From a bacterium (GTDB taxonomy: Bacteria; Desulfobacterota; DSWW01), in NCBI GenBank assembly GCA_040756235.1, contig JBFLZG010000062.1, positions 32,001 through 96,000 on the forward strand: 64,000 nucleotides of DNA, read 5' to 3'. This document shows positions 46,324 to 55,994 of this stretch, piece by piece. Position numbers and translations under genes: made by a program. Positions within the stretch are counted from its first letter, which is position 1. Each line of letters begins with the position of its first letter. The notes below the pieces were generated by a model that did no database searches, was not told where the DNA came from, and saw nothing but the letters and a program-made list of their open reading frames with translations.

Positions 46324-47295
46324 ATGGAAAACCAGGAACAGACATCATCCGCGCGGTACGATGTGGCCGTGATCGGAGGAGGGCCGTCCGGTCTGACCGC
46401 AGGGACTCATTGTGCACTGAAGGGGCTGCGGACGGTGGTGTTCGAATGCCAGACCTGGGGGGGAATTCCCACGCGTCTTTGTCCCAGAAAGGATATCGAG
46501 TATTATCCCGGCAAGACGCGGAAGGTGAGCGGCGAGCAGCTGGCGCGGACCTGGCTGAACGGCGCCAGGGAGACCGGGGTCGAGATGAGGTTCGAACGGG
46601 TCCTTCGGATCTGGCCAGACAGGACGATCCGGACCGAGCAGGGTGTGTACGCGGCTTCGACGTTGATATTGGCAACGGGCAGTCGGCCGGTGCCTCTGGG
46701 GGTTCCGGGAGAAGCGAAATATGCCCGCACCGGCAAGGGTGTCTCCTATTCGGTCCTCGATCCCAAGGGCTTTGCCGGCAAGCGGGTCATGGTGGTGGGA
46801 GGCGGCGACTCGGCCGTGGACGCCGCCGCAAGCCTGGTGCGGACGGCCGGACACGTTTCGCTCGTTCACCGCGGGCCGGCGCTGCGGGCCACCACTCCGG
46901 CGCGCAAGAAGCTCGATCATGCGTCGAACTTCGAGCTGCTGCTCGGCACGCACCTGGTGAGGATCCTCGGGGGGGAGCGCGTGGAGCGCGTGCGGCTGCG
47001 TCGAGGCGAAGCCATGGGCCCCAAGGAGGACGAGGCCTTCGAGATGGACGCGGACGAGGTGGTCCTCGCAGTGGGAACGGTTCCGGCCTCGGAGATGTAC
47101 CGGGAGCTGGGCGTCGATCTCGACGAGAAGGGGCACGTGAGGACCGATCGTGCCCAGCGCACGGGCTTGGAGGGAATCCTGGCGGCGGGCGATCTCGCTT
47201 CGGACGTGGAAATGATCGTGGTGGCGCTGGCCCAGGGTGCGATCGCCGCCCATCACGCCTACACGCACCTCAGACGGCCTTACTGGGCCCGGTGA
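46324..47295 (+). CDS. TrxR-fold FAD/NAD(P) oxidoreductase lacking CxxC; resembles TrxR-type ferredoxin-NADP+ reductase
   Basis: GGGPSG, ATG, GVSYSV (no CxxC), GGGDSAVD, VHR and AAGD. Confidence 0.8.
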   Translation: MENQEQTSSARYDVAVIGGGPSGLTAGTHCALKGLRTVVFECQTWGGIPTRLCPRKDIEYYPGKTRKVSGEQLARTWLNGARETGVEMRFERVLRIWPDRTIRTEQGVYAASTLILATGSRPVPLGVPGEAKYARTGKGVSYSVLDPKGFAGKRVMVVGGGDSAVDAAASLVRTAGHVSLVHRGPALRATTPARKKLDHASNFELLLGTHLVRILGGERVERVRLRRGEAMGPKEDEAFEMDADEVVLAVGTVPASEMYRELGVDLDEKGHVRTDRAQRTGLEGILAAGDLASDVEMIVVALAQGAIAAHHAYTHLRRPYWAR

Positions 47296-47308
47296 GGCCG
47301 GGGGGCTC

Positions 47309-48502
47309 ATGACCGCAGGAGCCGTTCTGTTCGGCGCCGGGATCCTGATCGTGCTCGCGCTGCTCTTCGCTCTCGGGCCGTCGGTTGCCGACAGGCTGCT
47401 CAACCGCGTGGGCCGCCCCGGTCCGCATCCTCTGTCGGAGCCGGCCCGGAGCCTGCACCGTCGGCTCCTGGTGGCGGATCTGCATGCCGATTCCCTCTTG
47501 TGGTCTCGAGATCTGCTGGCCCGCAACGCACGTGGGCACGTGGACGTTCCGCGCCTGCTGGAAGGAAACGTGGCTCTCCAGGCGTTCACCATCGTGACCA
47601 AGACGCCGCGCGACATGAACGTCGAGAGCACCTCGAGCGATACGCTGGACCTGACGGCGCTTCTCACGTTCCTGCAGAGGCGGCCGGTGCGCGTGTGGCG
47701 CAGCCCGCTCGAAAGGGCCCTCGACCAGTGTCGCGCCCTGCGCAGGGCGGCAGCGCGCTCCGGGGGGGCGCTCCGCATCATCGAGTCGCGGGGGGACCTC
47801 GAACGCTTCCTCGCGGAGCGCCGCTCCCGGGCAGGGGCGACCGCGGGGTTCCTCGGGGTGGAAGGTCTTCACTGCCTCCAGGGGAGCCTGGAGAACCTGG
47901 AGGTTCTTTATCGGGCCGGCGTGCGCATGATGGGTCTGACGCACTTCTTCGACAACGAAGTGGGCGGGTCGGCGCACGGCCGGCGCAAGGGCGGTCTGAC
48001 GGAGCTCGGCAGGAGGGTGGTCCGCAGGATCGGCGAGCTCGAGGGGATCATCGACCTGGCCCATGCTTCGGTGCGCGTGATCGAGGACGTTCTGGCCATG
48101 ACCCCGCGGCCGGTCCTGGTTTCCCACACGGGGGTGCGGGGGACCTGCGACAACAACCGGAACCTGAGTGACGCCAGCGTTCGTGCGATTGCGTCGGGAG
48201 GCGGGCTGTTGGGCATCGGGTTCTGGAAGGATGCCGCCGGCTCCGCCGAGGTGCGTTCCATCGTCCGGGCGATACGCTACGTGTGCGATCTGGTGGGCGT
48301 CGAGCACGTCGCCCTCGGCTCTGATTTCGACGGCTGCGTGCGCGTTCCCTTCGACGCCTCCGGAATGGGCCTGCTCACGGAGGCACTCGTGTCGGACGGC
48401 TTTCACGAGGAGGAGATCGCACGCATCATGGGGGGCAACGTGGTGCGCTTCCTGCTGGATCATCTGCCGCAAGAGACGGGAACAAACCGACCGCCGCAGT
48501 GA
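47309..48502 (+). CDS. Membrane dipeptidase (M19 family)
   Basis: N-terminal TM, DLHAD, GVEG, DLAHAS, SHTG, RNLSD and LGSDFDG. Confidence 0.92.
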   Translation: MTAGAVLFGAGILIVLALLFALGPSVADRLLNRVGRPGPHPLSEPARSLHRRLLVADLHADSLLWSRDLLARNARGHVDVPRLLEGNVALQAFTIVTKTPRDMNVESTSSDTLDLTALLTFLQRRPVRVWRSPLERALDQCRALRRAAARSGGALRIIESRGDLERFLAERRSRAGATAGFLGVEGLHCLQGSLENLEVLYRAGVRMMGLTHFFDNEVGGSAHGRRKGGLTELGRRVVRRIGELEGIIDLAHASVRVIEDVLAMTPRPVLVSHTGVRGTCDNNRNLSDASVRAIASGGGLLGIGFWKDAAGSAEVRSIVRAIRYVCDLVGVEHVALGSDFDGCVRVPFDASGMGLLTEALVSDGFHEEEIARIMGGNVVRFLLDHLPQETGTNRPPQ

Positions 48503-48553
48503 CCGGGATGACCCGACCCCGCGGATGGGCGCCTCGGGGGGACAGGCTCCAGC

Positions 48554-48967
48554 CTATTTTTTCTCGAGCTTGACGTCTGCCGCCGACGCCGCGCTCAGGG
48601 GCCGGCCGTCGGGCTCGACGCCGATGCCTTGCAGAGCGAAGGCAACGATCGCGAGATAGTCGCTGTCCTTCAAGCTGCCGGGCTGGTGCAACGGCATGGT
48701 GGTCTTGGAAAAGGTGTACACCTCACCCGCGTTCTTCATTCCGTGGAGACCCTCCGGCCCGGTCAGAGCCTCAGCCTGCATGCCGGCGTGCTCGCCGAAC
48801 TGCTTCGGCACCGTGCCGCCGCGCCCGTCCGGCCCGTGGCAGACGGCGCAGTGAGTCGCGTAGAGGTCCTTGCCCATGGCTGCCTGCTCGACCGTATAGG
48901 CAAGGGCGCGCGCCGCAGCGAGCGACAGAAGGACCAGGGTCGTCGTCAGCAGGGCCTTCTGGTTCAT
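48554..48967 (-). CDS. Periplasmic monoheme cytochrome c
   Basis: Signal peptide, CAVCHG and distal Met in TTMPL. Confidence 0.9.
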   Translation of the reverse strand: MNQKALLTTTLVLLSLAAARALAYTVEQAAMGKDLYATHCAVCHGPDGRGGTVPKQFGEHAGMQAEALTGPEGLHGMKNAGEVYTFSKTTMPLHQPGSLKDSDYLAIVAFALQGIGVEPDGRPLSAASAADVKLEKK

Positions 48968-48990
48968 GCTCTTTTCCCTCCTGCAGCCGA

Positions 48991-50175
48991 TCAGAAGAAG
49001 ACGTGCATCTCGACCATCAATTGATCATAGTTGTCCGACGGCCGCTGGGGAATGCCATTGGCCACCCGGTAGAAGAGCCGGGCCTGGAGGAAGCGGGCAA
49101 GAAAAGCCTCCAGCCCGAGGGAAAATCGGTTGCTCGTATCATCGTTCACGTCGGCATCCGGATCGAACCAGTCGAACGCGAACTTGAGGTTCAGCCAGTC
49201 CCAGGTGAGCAGATTGGCCTCTGTATAGACGACCCGGCGGTCGACCTTGCCTCGGTCGGACGTGAGCTCATGGATGAAATCCGACTCGGCCAGGACGGTC
49301 AGCCTCCAAAGGTTCCATGCGCCGTAAAACCCGAAGAGCGTTCGATTGACCGCGGTATTTCGGGAGAAAGAAGCTCCCAGCATGACGCTCCTCAGCAGGG
49401 GGACTCCGGTGAACAGGTAGGTACCCGAAGCCGTGTACTGCTTGTCCAATCCCTGACCGCCGTCGTCCGTGCCGTCGGTCACCGCAGCGCTCACGAGCAG
49501 CCCCTTCCAGATGAGGCCGCCCTCGGCTCCCACGTCGGAAGTGGAAAAGGTGAAGCCGGTCCGCGAGCGGATGAAGGCTTCGTCGTCCTGGAGTCTGAGG
49601 CCGTAAGGGAGATAGAACTTGCCGCCTTTGAGATAGCCCCCGAGGGGGAGAAATCCGGAGAGGAGACCCATGGCCTCCCGGTTGACGGCGCTCCCCGGCG
49701 CAAAGCTCTCGTCCGCGTAGAGCACGAGCGCTTGTTTGATGAGGTCGACTTCCAGGTAGACCGCCCCCTCATCCACATCGAAGTCGTTCGTGTCCGCCGG
49801 TCTGAAGAGAGTGTTGTTCTCGACGCGACCGCTGCTGTCGGGCGTGTCGCGAAAGGTGGTGGTGTTCGTGACCCGGAGGTCGGCTCCGATGCGGACGGCG
49901 TCGGCGAGCGTGCCGGTCAGAATACTGGTGCGTTCTTCGAGGTCCCGGAACAGGGTCTCCGGGAACTTGAGGTAGGTCTGCGCCAGGCCGTTGAATACGG
50001 CGGTGCGTTTTCCTCCGCCGGTCTTGTTGACGTGGCAATAGCTGCACTTGAGGCCTTCTCGAACGGCCAGATAGGGCTCCGCTGCGAGCTCGGACCCGAG
50101 CAAGATCAAACATGCGAAGCAAAGAGCGGCGCAGTGCGGCGGCGGCCTGAGGCCGCCCTTGGCAGGATTCCTCAT
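48991..50175 (-). CDS. Putative monoheme cytochrome c - outer-membrane beta-barrel fusion
   Basis: Signal peptide, N-terminal EPYLAVREGLKCSYCHVN, alternating amphipathic strands, C-terminal MVEMHVFF ending in Phe. Confidence 0.75.
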   Translation of the reverse strand: MRNPAKGGLRPPPHCAALCFACLILLGSELAAEPYLAVREGLKCSYCHVNKTGGGKRTAVFNGLAQTYLKFPETLFRDLEERTSILTGTLADAVRIGADLRVTNTTTFRDTPDSSGRVENNTLFRPADTNDFDVDEGAVYLEVDLIKQALVLYADESFAPGSAVNREAMGLLSGFLPLGGYLKGGKFYLPYGLRLQDDEAFIRSRTGFTFSTSDVGAEGGLIWKGLLVSAAVTDGTDDGGQGLDKQYTASGTYLFTGVPLLRSVMLGASFSRNTAVNRTLFGFYGAWNLWRLTVLAESDFIHELTSDRGKVDRRVVYTEANLLTWDWLNLKFAFDWFDPDADVNDDTSNRFSLGLEAFLARFLQARLFYRVANGIPQRPSDNYDQLMVEMHVFF

Positions 50176-50214
50176 GGTCTTTCTCGCTGTGGACGGAGGC
50201 TCGATCGGATCTTC

Positions 50215-50673
50215 TCAAGGTGGAGCTTCTGGGGCCCCGTTCTGGATCCACTCTCTCACTGCGCTGATCTGCTCCTGGCTCAAAGGAGGCTGGCCCAGGG
50301 GCATGCGCGCGCCTTCTATGTCAGGGCGTCCTTCGATCTTCCAAACGAGATAGCTGTTGTCCGGGTCGCCGGGATCGACGCGATAGAGCATCAGGTCCGA
50401 ACGCTCCACGCTGAGAACGCCGACGATGCTGTTGAAGGAGTCCGCGACAGAGTCGAGCCTCTGCCCGAGCGGGGCGCCGGCCCCTGCATGACATCCGGGA
50501 ACGGCGCAGACGGGTGTGAAGATGTTGGCCTGGATGGCGGGAAGGGTCGGTTCCAGGGGGATCTGGGACTCGGGTTCCTGGGTACCGTCCCCAGCGCACC
50601 CCGTGTGGACGGCCAGCAGGGCCGCGAGCGCTATCATGATACGTGCAGGACCCGGAAGAGCGCGCCGCCCCAT
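50215..50673 (-). CDS. Lipoprotein with planctomycete-type cytochrome c-like domain and CX4CH motif
   Basis: Lipobox HTGC; IFTPVCAVPGCH; VDPGDPDNSYLV...RMP...L...I..VREWIQNGA. Confidence 0.75.
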   Translation of the reverse strand: MGRRALPGPARIMIALAALLAVHTGCAGDGTQEPESQIPLEPTLPAIQANIFTPVCAVPGCHAGAGAPLGQRLDSVADSFNSIVGVLSVERSDLMLYRVDPGDPDNSYLVWKIEGRPDIEGARMPLGQPPLSQEQISAVREWIQNGAPEAPP

Positions 50674-51013
50674 CGACCCGACCTCGTGGCGTTCTCGGTG
50701 GAGGAACGCTTCTCACATCACGCCGTTTCAGACTACGTGCACACGCGCGCGAAGGCACCAGCTCCACTTTTATCACCGACGTGCGGACCCAGGAATGGGG
50801 TGAACACCCTATTTTGCATGAGAGATCTACCCTATTCGAGCGATTGAGCGGAGCAGCGGATCTGTCATGCCGTTCCTGCGGGACGGTCACGTGGGTTTAC
50901 AGTCGGAACGCACTTCTTTAGTATCTATAGGATCGAATGATCTGAGGATCCTCCCTGCCGGCGCGCGCTCGGAGGGAGAAGCATCTGGATCCGGTACAGG
51001 AGAGGAGAAACAC

Positions 51014-51985
51014 GTGAGACGGACAAAGGCGGTTGCGGTTGCGGTGCTGATCGTCCTGGCTGCCCCACTCGGTGCGGTTGCGGGTGATCCGAGCTGTGTG
51101 GCCAAGGTGAACGGGGTCGGCATCGCGCAGGAAGAGTTCGATCGGAGCTGGAAGGCCTTCCTGCAGCACAAGGGCATGGCCCCAGGACAGGGACAGGACC
51201 AGGGCGAACAGGTGAAAGCGATGAGGAAGGTGGTCCTGGACGGGCTCATCGGCCAGGAGTTGCTTTGGCAGGAAGCCAAAGACAAGAAGGTGAAGGCGGA
51301 CGATCAGACCGTGAGCGCGGAGCTGGACAAGGTTCGAGGACAGTTCGCCTCTCCGGAAGAGTTCGCCGGCATGCTGAAGGAGAACGGGCTGACGGAGGAG
51401 GGTCTGAAGCTTTTCATGGTCCGACAGCTCACGATCCAGAACCTCGTGAATCAGCAGATCGCGAAAGGGTTGGCGCCGACCGAACAGGAGGTGCACGATT
51501 TCTACGCGTCCAACGCGGACAGCTTCAAGACGCCGGAGCGGGTGCACGCTCGTCACATTCTGGTCAAGGTGGATGCGAACGCGGATCAGGCCGCGCGCGA
51601 CGCGGCTCGCAAGAAGATCGACGGCTTGAGGCAGCAGCTTCTCGGAGGTGCCGATTTTGCCGAGCTGGCCCGGAACAATTCGGATTGTCCTTCGAAGGAG
51701 AGAGGGGGAGACCTGGGCATGATGACTCGCGGTCAGACGGTGAAGCCTTTTGAAGACGCGGCCTTCGCGCTGGAGCCCGGCAAGATTTCAGAGGTGGTCG
51801 AAACTCAGTTCGGCTACCACGTGATCCGGGTCGAGGAGCGCCAAGCCGCTTCCACCGCCACCGAAAAAGAGATGACGGAGAAGATCAAGGGATTTTTGAA
51901 GAACCAGAAGACGAACCAGGCGGTCATGGAGCACGTGAAAGTCCTTCGAGAGAAGGCCAAGGTGGAGATCCTCATGCCGCTCTAA
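51014..51985 (+). CDS. SurA/PrsA-like parvulin peptidyl-prolyl isomerase
   Basis: Signal peptide, VAKVNG, ARHILVK, FAELARNNSDCPS...GGDLG, FEDAAF and ETQFGYHVI. Confidence 0.93.
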   Translation: MRRTKAVAVAVLIVLAAPLGAVAGDPSCVAKVNGVGIAQEEFDRSWKAFLQHKGMAPGQGQDQGEQVKAMRKVVLDGLIGQELLWQEAKDKKVKADDQTVSAELDKVRGQFASPEEFAGMLKENGLTEEGLKLFMVRQLTIQNLVNQQIAKGLAPTEQEVHDFYASNADSFKTPERVHARHILVKVDANADQAARDAARKKIDGLRQQLLGGADFAELARNNSDCPSKERGGDLGMMTRGQTVKPFEDAAFALEPGKISEVVETQFGYHVIRVEERQAASTATEKEMTEKIKGFLKNQKTNQAVMEHVKVLREKAKVEILMPL

Positions 51986-51993
51986 GCGTTAGG

Positions 51994-52137
51994 AGAGCTT
52001 GTCCCAAAACCTCCAACTTTAGAGCCTGTTCAAATCGGTACGCCGCGGTGACCCCGGCCTTCGCCGGGGCTGGCTGCCGCGGGGCCTCCACGCCCGATGA
52101 GCGCAACGCCGCAGATGGGCGTTTTGGGACAGGCTCT
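51994..52137. mobile_element. MITE-like structured repeat, copy 2 (shorter)
   Basis: 17-bp inverted termini AGAGCTTGTCCCAAAAC / GTTTTGGGACAGGCTCT (one mismatch); about 100 nt shared with 28960-29059, including the CCCCGGC...GCCGGGG hairpin. Confidence 0.75.
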
Positions 52138-52171
52138 AGGTAAGTCCTTCTTTTCACAAGTGAAGCCGACA

Positions 52172-52206
52172 GAAATGGGGCGGCGCCGCGATTGCCGCCC
52201 CATTTC
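52172..52206. terminator. Hairpin, possible terminator downstream of the PPIase gene
   Basis: 13-bp perfect stem GAAATGGGGCGGC / GCCGCCCCATTTC; weak U-tract. Confidence 0.5.
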
Positions 52207-52325
52207 CGTTCCGGGGCGTGGCGGGAGCGACGATGCCGTCGGGCGTCTTGCGTCATCTAACGAGCAGCACGCCCGCCCCTGTCTGTAAAATAATACTACA
52301 CTGTGAAAAGAAGGAGGATGAAGCC

Positions 52326-53072
52326 ATGAGGTCTCCGCACGTCGCCTTTGTAACGGTGTTGTTGACACTGGCACTCCTCGGGTGCGCCACCCGGAGGGAT
52401 GTGCAGCGGATCGATTCGAAGCTGAACACGATCCTTTCCCAGACCCACGAGACGAGCCTCGGTGAGCTGTTCGACGGGCACTCGAGCTTGATCGCGCAAC
52501 GTATCGACCAGCTTGACGAAAACCAGCGCAAGCGGTTCGATGATCTGCTGGCCAGCTACCAGCGGGGCGCGGTAGCGCAGGAGGAGCTCCGGCAGAAGAT
52601 CGTGGAGATCGTAGGCGGAGAGGACCGGGAGGTTTCGGCCGCAAGCGGGGTATTGCTTCGGGACGCGCAGGGGAACAGGGTGGGAAAGGCCGCCTACGGC
52701 AGCCGTCTCGAGGATTGTCGGATGCTCCGTGGAGATCAGGTGCCGGCCTATCTGAAGGAGACCCCCTCGCTGAGCTCCCACAGGTGGGGGACGGGCACGT
52801 GGCAGGGTGAACGCATCGTCTTCGCGTGGGACCTGACGGTTTCGGGGCTTACGAAAGAGGTAGTGGAAGCCTCGGCCAAACGCACGGCCCAGGAGTTCCT
52901 GAGGATGGGCGGCGACAAACAATGGAGCCGGCCGGTCTACATTCAGTTGTATACGCAAGCTGCCCCGGAAACGATCAAGGTAAAGGCGGCGGACCCTGCA
53001 GACGAGGTCCACTTGCTGCCGGGCGACGAGACGCCTGCGAGCGGCGTGAACCCCCCTGTCCCCGAACCGTAG
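52326..53072 (+). CDS. Hypothetical lipoprotein
   Basis: AGGAGG RBS, lipobox LLGC and coiled-coil-like N-terminus. Confidence 0.75.
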   Translation: MRSPHVAFVTVLLTLALLGCATRRDVQRIDSKLNTILSQTHETSLGELFDGHSSLIAQRIDQLDENQRKRFDDLLASYQRGAVAQEELRQKIVEIVGGEDREVSAASGVLLRDAQGNRVGKAAYGSRLEDCRMLRGDQVPAYLKETPSLSSHRWGTGTWQGERIVFAWDLTVSGLTKEVVEASAKRTAQEFLRMGGDKQWSRPVYIQLYTQAAPETIKVKAADPADEVHLLPGDETPASGVNPPVPEP

Positions 53073-53340
53073 GAGCCCGTCGAGACGGGGCCGCTTGCCT
53101 GCCGGTCCCGCGGGGGATGGGCATCCGCGGTCTCACCCGGGCCGGGCAGTGAGACCCGCGGCCGGAAGCGGATGCCGGACGCACTCCTCGAATGCGTTCC
53201 GGGAGTCCGTTGAAAACCGGCTCCGAAGGCGAGCCCGACACCCCCCGGAGAGCCGCCGCAGGATATCCGACGCCGTTGCCTGGTCACCTCGAGGCCGGGC
53301 CCCGCAGATGGGTGTTTCGTGGCCGCCTCCCGGCGCCCTG

Positions 53341-53844
53341 TCAGGGCAGGGAGGCAAAGACCTGGGTAAAATAATAGGTGTCGCCGTCCGCGGCAATGCC
53401 GATGCCCAGGTGCGTGTAGGCGTCCGACAGGATGTTGGCCCGGTGGTCGGCGGAAGCGAGCAGGGCCTCGTGTGCCGTGCGGACCGGGTCGTCGTGCCCC
53501 TGGTTCATGGCGATGTTCTCTCCGAGGGCCCCGTAGTCTTCGACTCCGGCGGCGCTCACCCGGTCCATCACCGATTCGCCGTCCGGGTTCACGTGGGAGA
53601 AGAAGTTGCGATCCGCCATGTCCTGCGAGTTCTGCCTGGCGGCCTCGGTCAGTCCCGGGTCCGCGAGAAGAGGTTGCAGGCCGTTGTCGGCACGCGCATC
53701 ATTGAGGAGCTCGAACATCTCGCGCTCCATCGCCTCGGGATCCCCGCTGGAGGAGTCGTCCCCGCAGTGGGCGCACGTCAGCAGCAAGAGAGCGAGGAGG
53801 GGCAGCAGGGGAAAGGGCCAGGTGATCCGGATTCCGCTATGCAT
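53341..53844 (-). CDS. CAP/SCP domain secreted protein
   Basis: LLNDARADNGL, DMADRNFFSH, GENIA, HRANIL and YFTQVF. Confidence 0.9.
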   Translation of the reverse strand: MHSGIRITWPFPLLPLLALLLLTCAHCGDDSSSGDPEAMEREMFELLNDARADNGLQPLLADPGLTEAARQNSQDMADRNFFSHVNPDGESVMDRVSAAGVEDYGALGENIAMNQGHDDPVRTAHEALLASADHRANILSDAYTHLGIGIAADGDTYYFTQVFASLP

Positions 53845-54210
53845 GAGGCCTCCTTGGGGACGGGCCGCGCACGGCAGTCCCGCCCGGGTGGTTGATTGCA
53901 TTTCGAGGGAAGGACAGGCGTCCGGTGGTACGAGCGAAGGTGCTGTTCAGGCCGACCCCACGCTGCGCGCGGCGAGGGCCCTTCCACGCTGTTGGATGCC
54001 GGAGGGCAGCTTTGTGGATATGATGCGGCCAGGCGATTTCGCGGACGTGCCCGCTGCGCGCGGCGCGGTGCGGCGCGCGGGGAGTGCGTGTCGTTCCAGC
54101 CGGCGGGACGCGGCGCAGCCCGGATGGCGATGCCGGCCGGACTCCTGCACCGGTTCCTCACGGGGCGGCCGCTCGGCGGCGCAACATGCGGCGGCGAAAG
54201 GATCGAGCCA

Positions 54211-55134
54211 GTGAGCGCGGGTACGCAGCCGGTGATCGAGGCGGTGCAGCTGCGAAAGGCGTTCGGCACGCTGACGGCGGTCGACGGGATTTCCTTCCGC
54301 GTGCTGCCGGGTGAGTGCTTCGGCATCCTGGGACCGAACGGCGCGGGCAAGACCTCGACCGTGCGGATGATCTACGGGTTCTCGCCGCCCAGCGCGGGAA
54401 GCCTGAAGGTTTTTGGGCTCGACGTGCGCACCGATCTCAGGCGCATCAAGCTCCGGGTGGGCGTCTGTCAGCAGGACAACAGCCTGGACCCGGACCTGAC
54501 GGTCGCCCGGAATCTCGAAATCTTTGCCAGCTACTTCGACATCCCCAGGGACACGGCGCGCGCGAGGGCCCGGGAGCTCCTGCGGTTCATCGGCCTCAGC
54601 CATCGGATGCACGCGCGCATCCCCGAGCTTTCGGGAGGCATGATGCGCAGGCTCGTGCTGGCCAGGGCTCTCATCAACCGCCCCGAGCTGCTCGTCCTGG
54701 ACGAGCCGACCACCGGTCTCGACCCGCAGTCGCGTCACCAGGTCTGGGAGCGGATCGAGCGTCTCCGTGCGCACGGACTCACGGTTCTGCTGACGACGCA
54801 TTACATGGAGGAGGCCTCCAGGCTGTGCGATCGTGTCGTCATTCTGGACCACGGGCGGATCCTCGTGGAAGGAAATCCGAAGGAGCTGATCCGCAACCAC
54901 CTGGGGCAGAACGTCATCGAGGTCACGGAGCCGGAGGAGGATCTGCGCGCGTTCGTGCGGGCTCAAGGGCTGCCCCACGAAGACCTCGGCCACCGCCTGA
55001 TGATCTACGGGCAGGAGGACGATCGGCTGTTCCGGGAGATCGGCAGCCGCTACTGCAGGAACGGATGCGTGCTGAGGGTGGCGACGCTCGAGGATGTCTT
55101 TCTCAAGCTCACGGGAAGGGAGTTGCGCGAATGA
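54211..55134 (+). CDS. ABC exporter ATP-binding subunit (NodI-like)
   Basis: GPNGAGKT, LSGGM, LDEPTTGLD, TTHYMEEA and TLEDVFLKLTG. Confidence 0.93.
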   Translation: MSAGTQPVIEAVQLRKAFGTLTAVDGISFRVLPGECFGILGPNGAGKTSTVRMIYGFSPPSAGSLKVFGLDVRTDLRRIKLRVGVCQQDNSLDPDLTVARNLEIFASYFDIPRDTARARARELLRFIGLSHRMHARIPELSGGMMRRLVLARALINRPELLVLDEPTTGLDPQSRHQVWERIERLRAHGLTVLLTTHYMEEASRLCDRVVILDHGRILVEGNPKELIRNHLGQNVIEVTEPEEDLRAFVRAQGLPHEDLGHRLMIYGQEDDRLFREIGSRYCRNGCVLRVATLEDVFLKLTGRELRE

Positions 55135-55925
55135 GGAGGCCGGCGGTTCGGGTTCCGATCTCGAAGAGATTCGTCAGGGTCTGGCAGCGCAACCTCGCCG
55201 TGTACCTGAGGACGTGGAAGATCAGCTTCATTCCGCCTCTTCTCGAACCGCTCCTGTATCTGCTGGCCTTCGGGGTCGGATTGAGCGCGCTCGTGGGCAA
55301 GGTGCGCGCCGGCGGGGAGGAGGTCTCCTACGTCGACTTCATCGCCCCGGCCCTGATTGCCATCACCATCATGAACAGCGCCTTCTTCGAGAACACCTAT
55401 GCTTCGTTCGTCCGCATGTACTACCAGAAAACCTTCGACGCGATGCTGGCAACCCCTCTGTTCATCGAGGAGATCATCACGGGTGAGATGATCTGGGGCG
55501 CCACCAAGTCGCTGATCGCCTCCGCCATCATGGTCGCGGTGATCAGCTGCTTCGGGCTCATCCGATACCCGTGGGGCCTCTTGATCTTGCCACTGGCCCT
55601 GCTGGGGGGAATGGCCTTCGGATCCATGGGCATGCTCTTCACCAGCCTCGTCCCGAACATTGAAATGTTCAACCTGCCGGTGTTTTTGTTCGTGACGCCG
55701 ATGTTCCTGTTCAGCGGAACCTTCTTTCCGGTCGAGAACCTGCCCGCCTGGGCCCAAAGCCTCGCGTCGGCCCTGCCGTTGACCCACCTCGTGCGTCTGA
55801 CGCGCGCCTTCACCTTCGGTAAGCTCGACTGGGGCCTGCTGTGGAGCGTGCTCTACCTGATCGTCTTCGCGCTCGCCCTGGTCCCTCTCGCGGTCCGGCA
55901 GATGCGCCGGCGGCTCATCAAGTGA
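55131..55925 (+). CDS. ABC-2 permease (NodJ-like)
   Basis: VWQRN, EPLLYL, YVDFIAP, PMFLFSGTFFP and LPLTH; ATGA overlap with the ATPase gene. Confidence 0.93.
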   Translation: MRRPAVRVPISKRFVRVWQRNLAVYLRTWKISFIPPLLEPLLYLLAFGVGLSALVGKVRAGGEEVSYVDFIAPALIAITIMNSAFFENTYASFVRMYYQKTFDAMLATPLFIEEIITGEMIWGATKSLIASAIMVAVISCFGLIRYPWGLLILPLALLGGMAFGSMGMLFTSLVPNIEMFNLPVFLFVTPMFLFSGTFFPVENLPAWAQSLASALPLTHLVRLTRAFTFGKLDWGLLWSVLYLIVFALALVPLAVRQMRRRLIK

Positions 55926-55941
55926 TCGTGGATGGAAAAGA

Positions 55942-55973
55942 GAGCAGAGGAGGGGGGAACCCCTCCTCTGCTC
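55942..55973. terminator. Hairpin between convergent genes (probably bidirectional terminator)
   Basis: 14-bp stem GAGCAGAGGAGGGG / CCCCTCCTCTGCTC; TCTTTT follows on the minus strand. Confidence 0.75.
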
Positions 55974-55994
55974 AAGAGGGTCCAGGCTTCGCGC

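Noticed and set aside
46324..47295. Thioredoxin reductase trxB
   Set aside because: The catalytic CxxC is absent.
54211..55925. nodI/nodJ as nodulation genes
   Set aside because: This ABC-2 exporter subfamily is widespread and no nodABC genes are present, so symbols were withheld.
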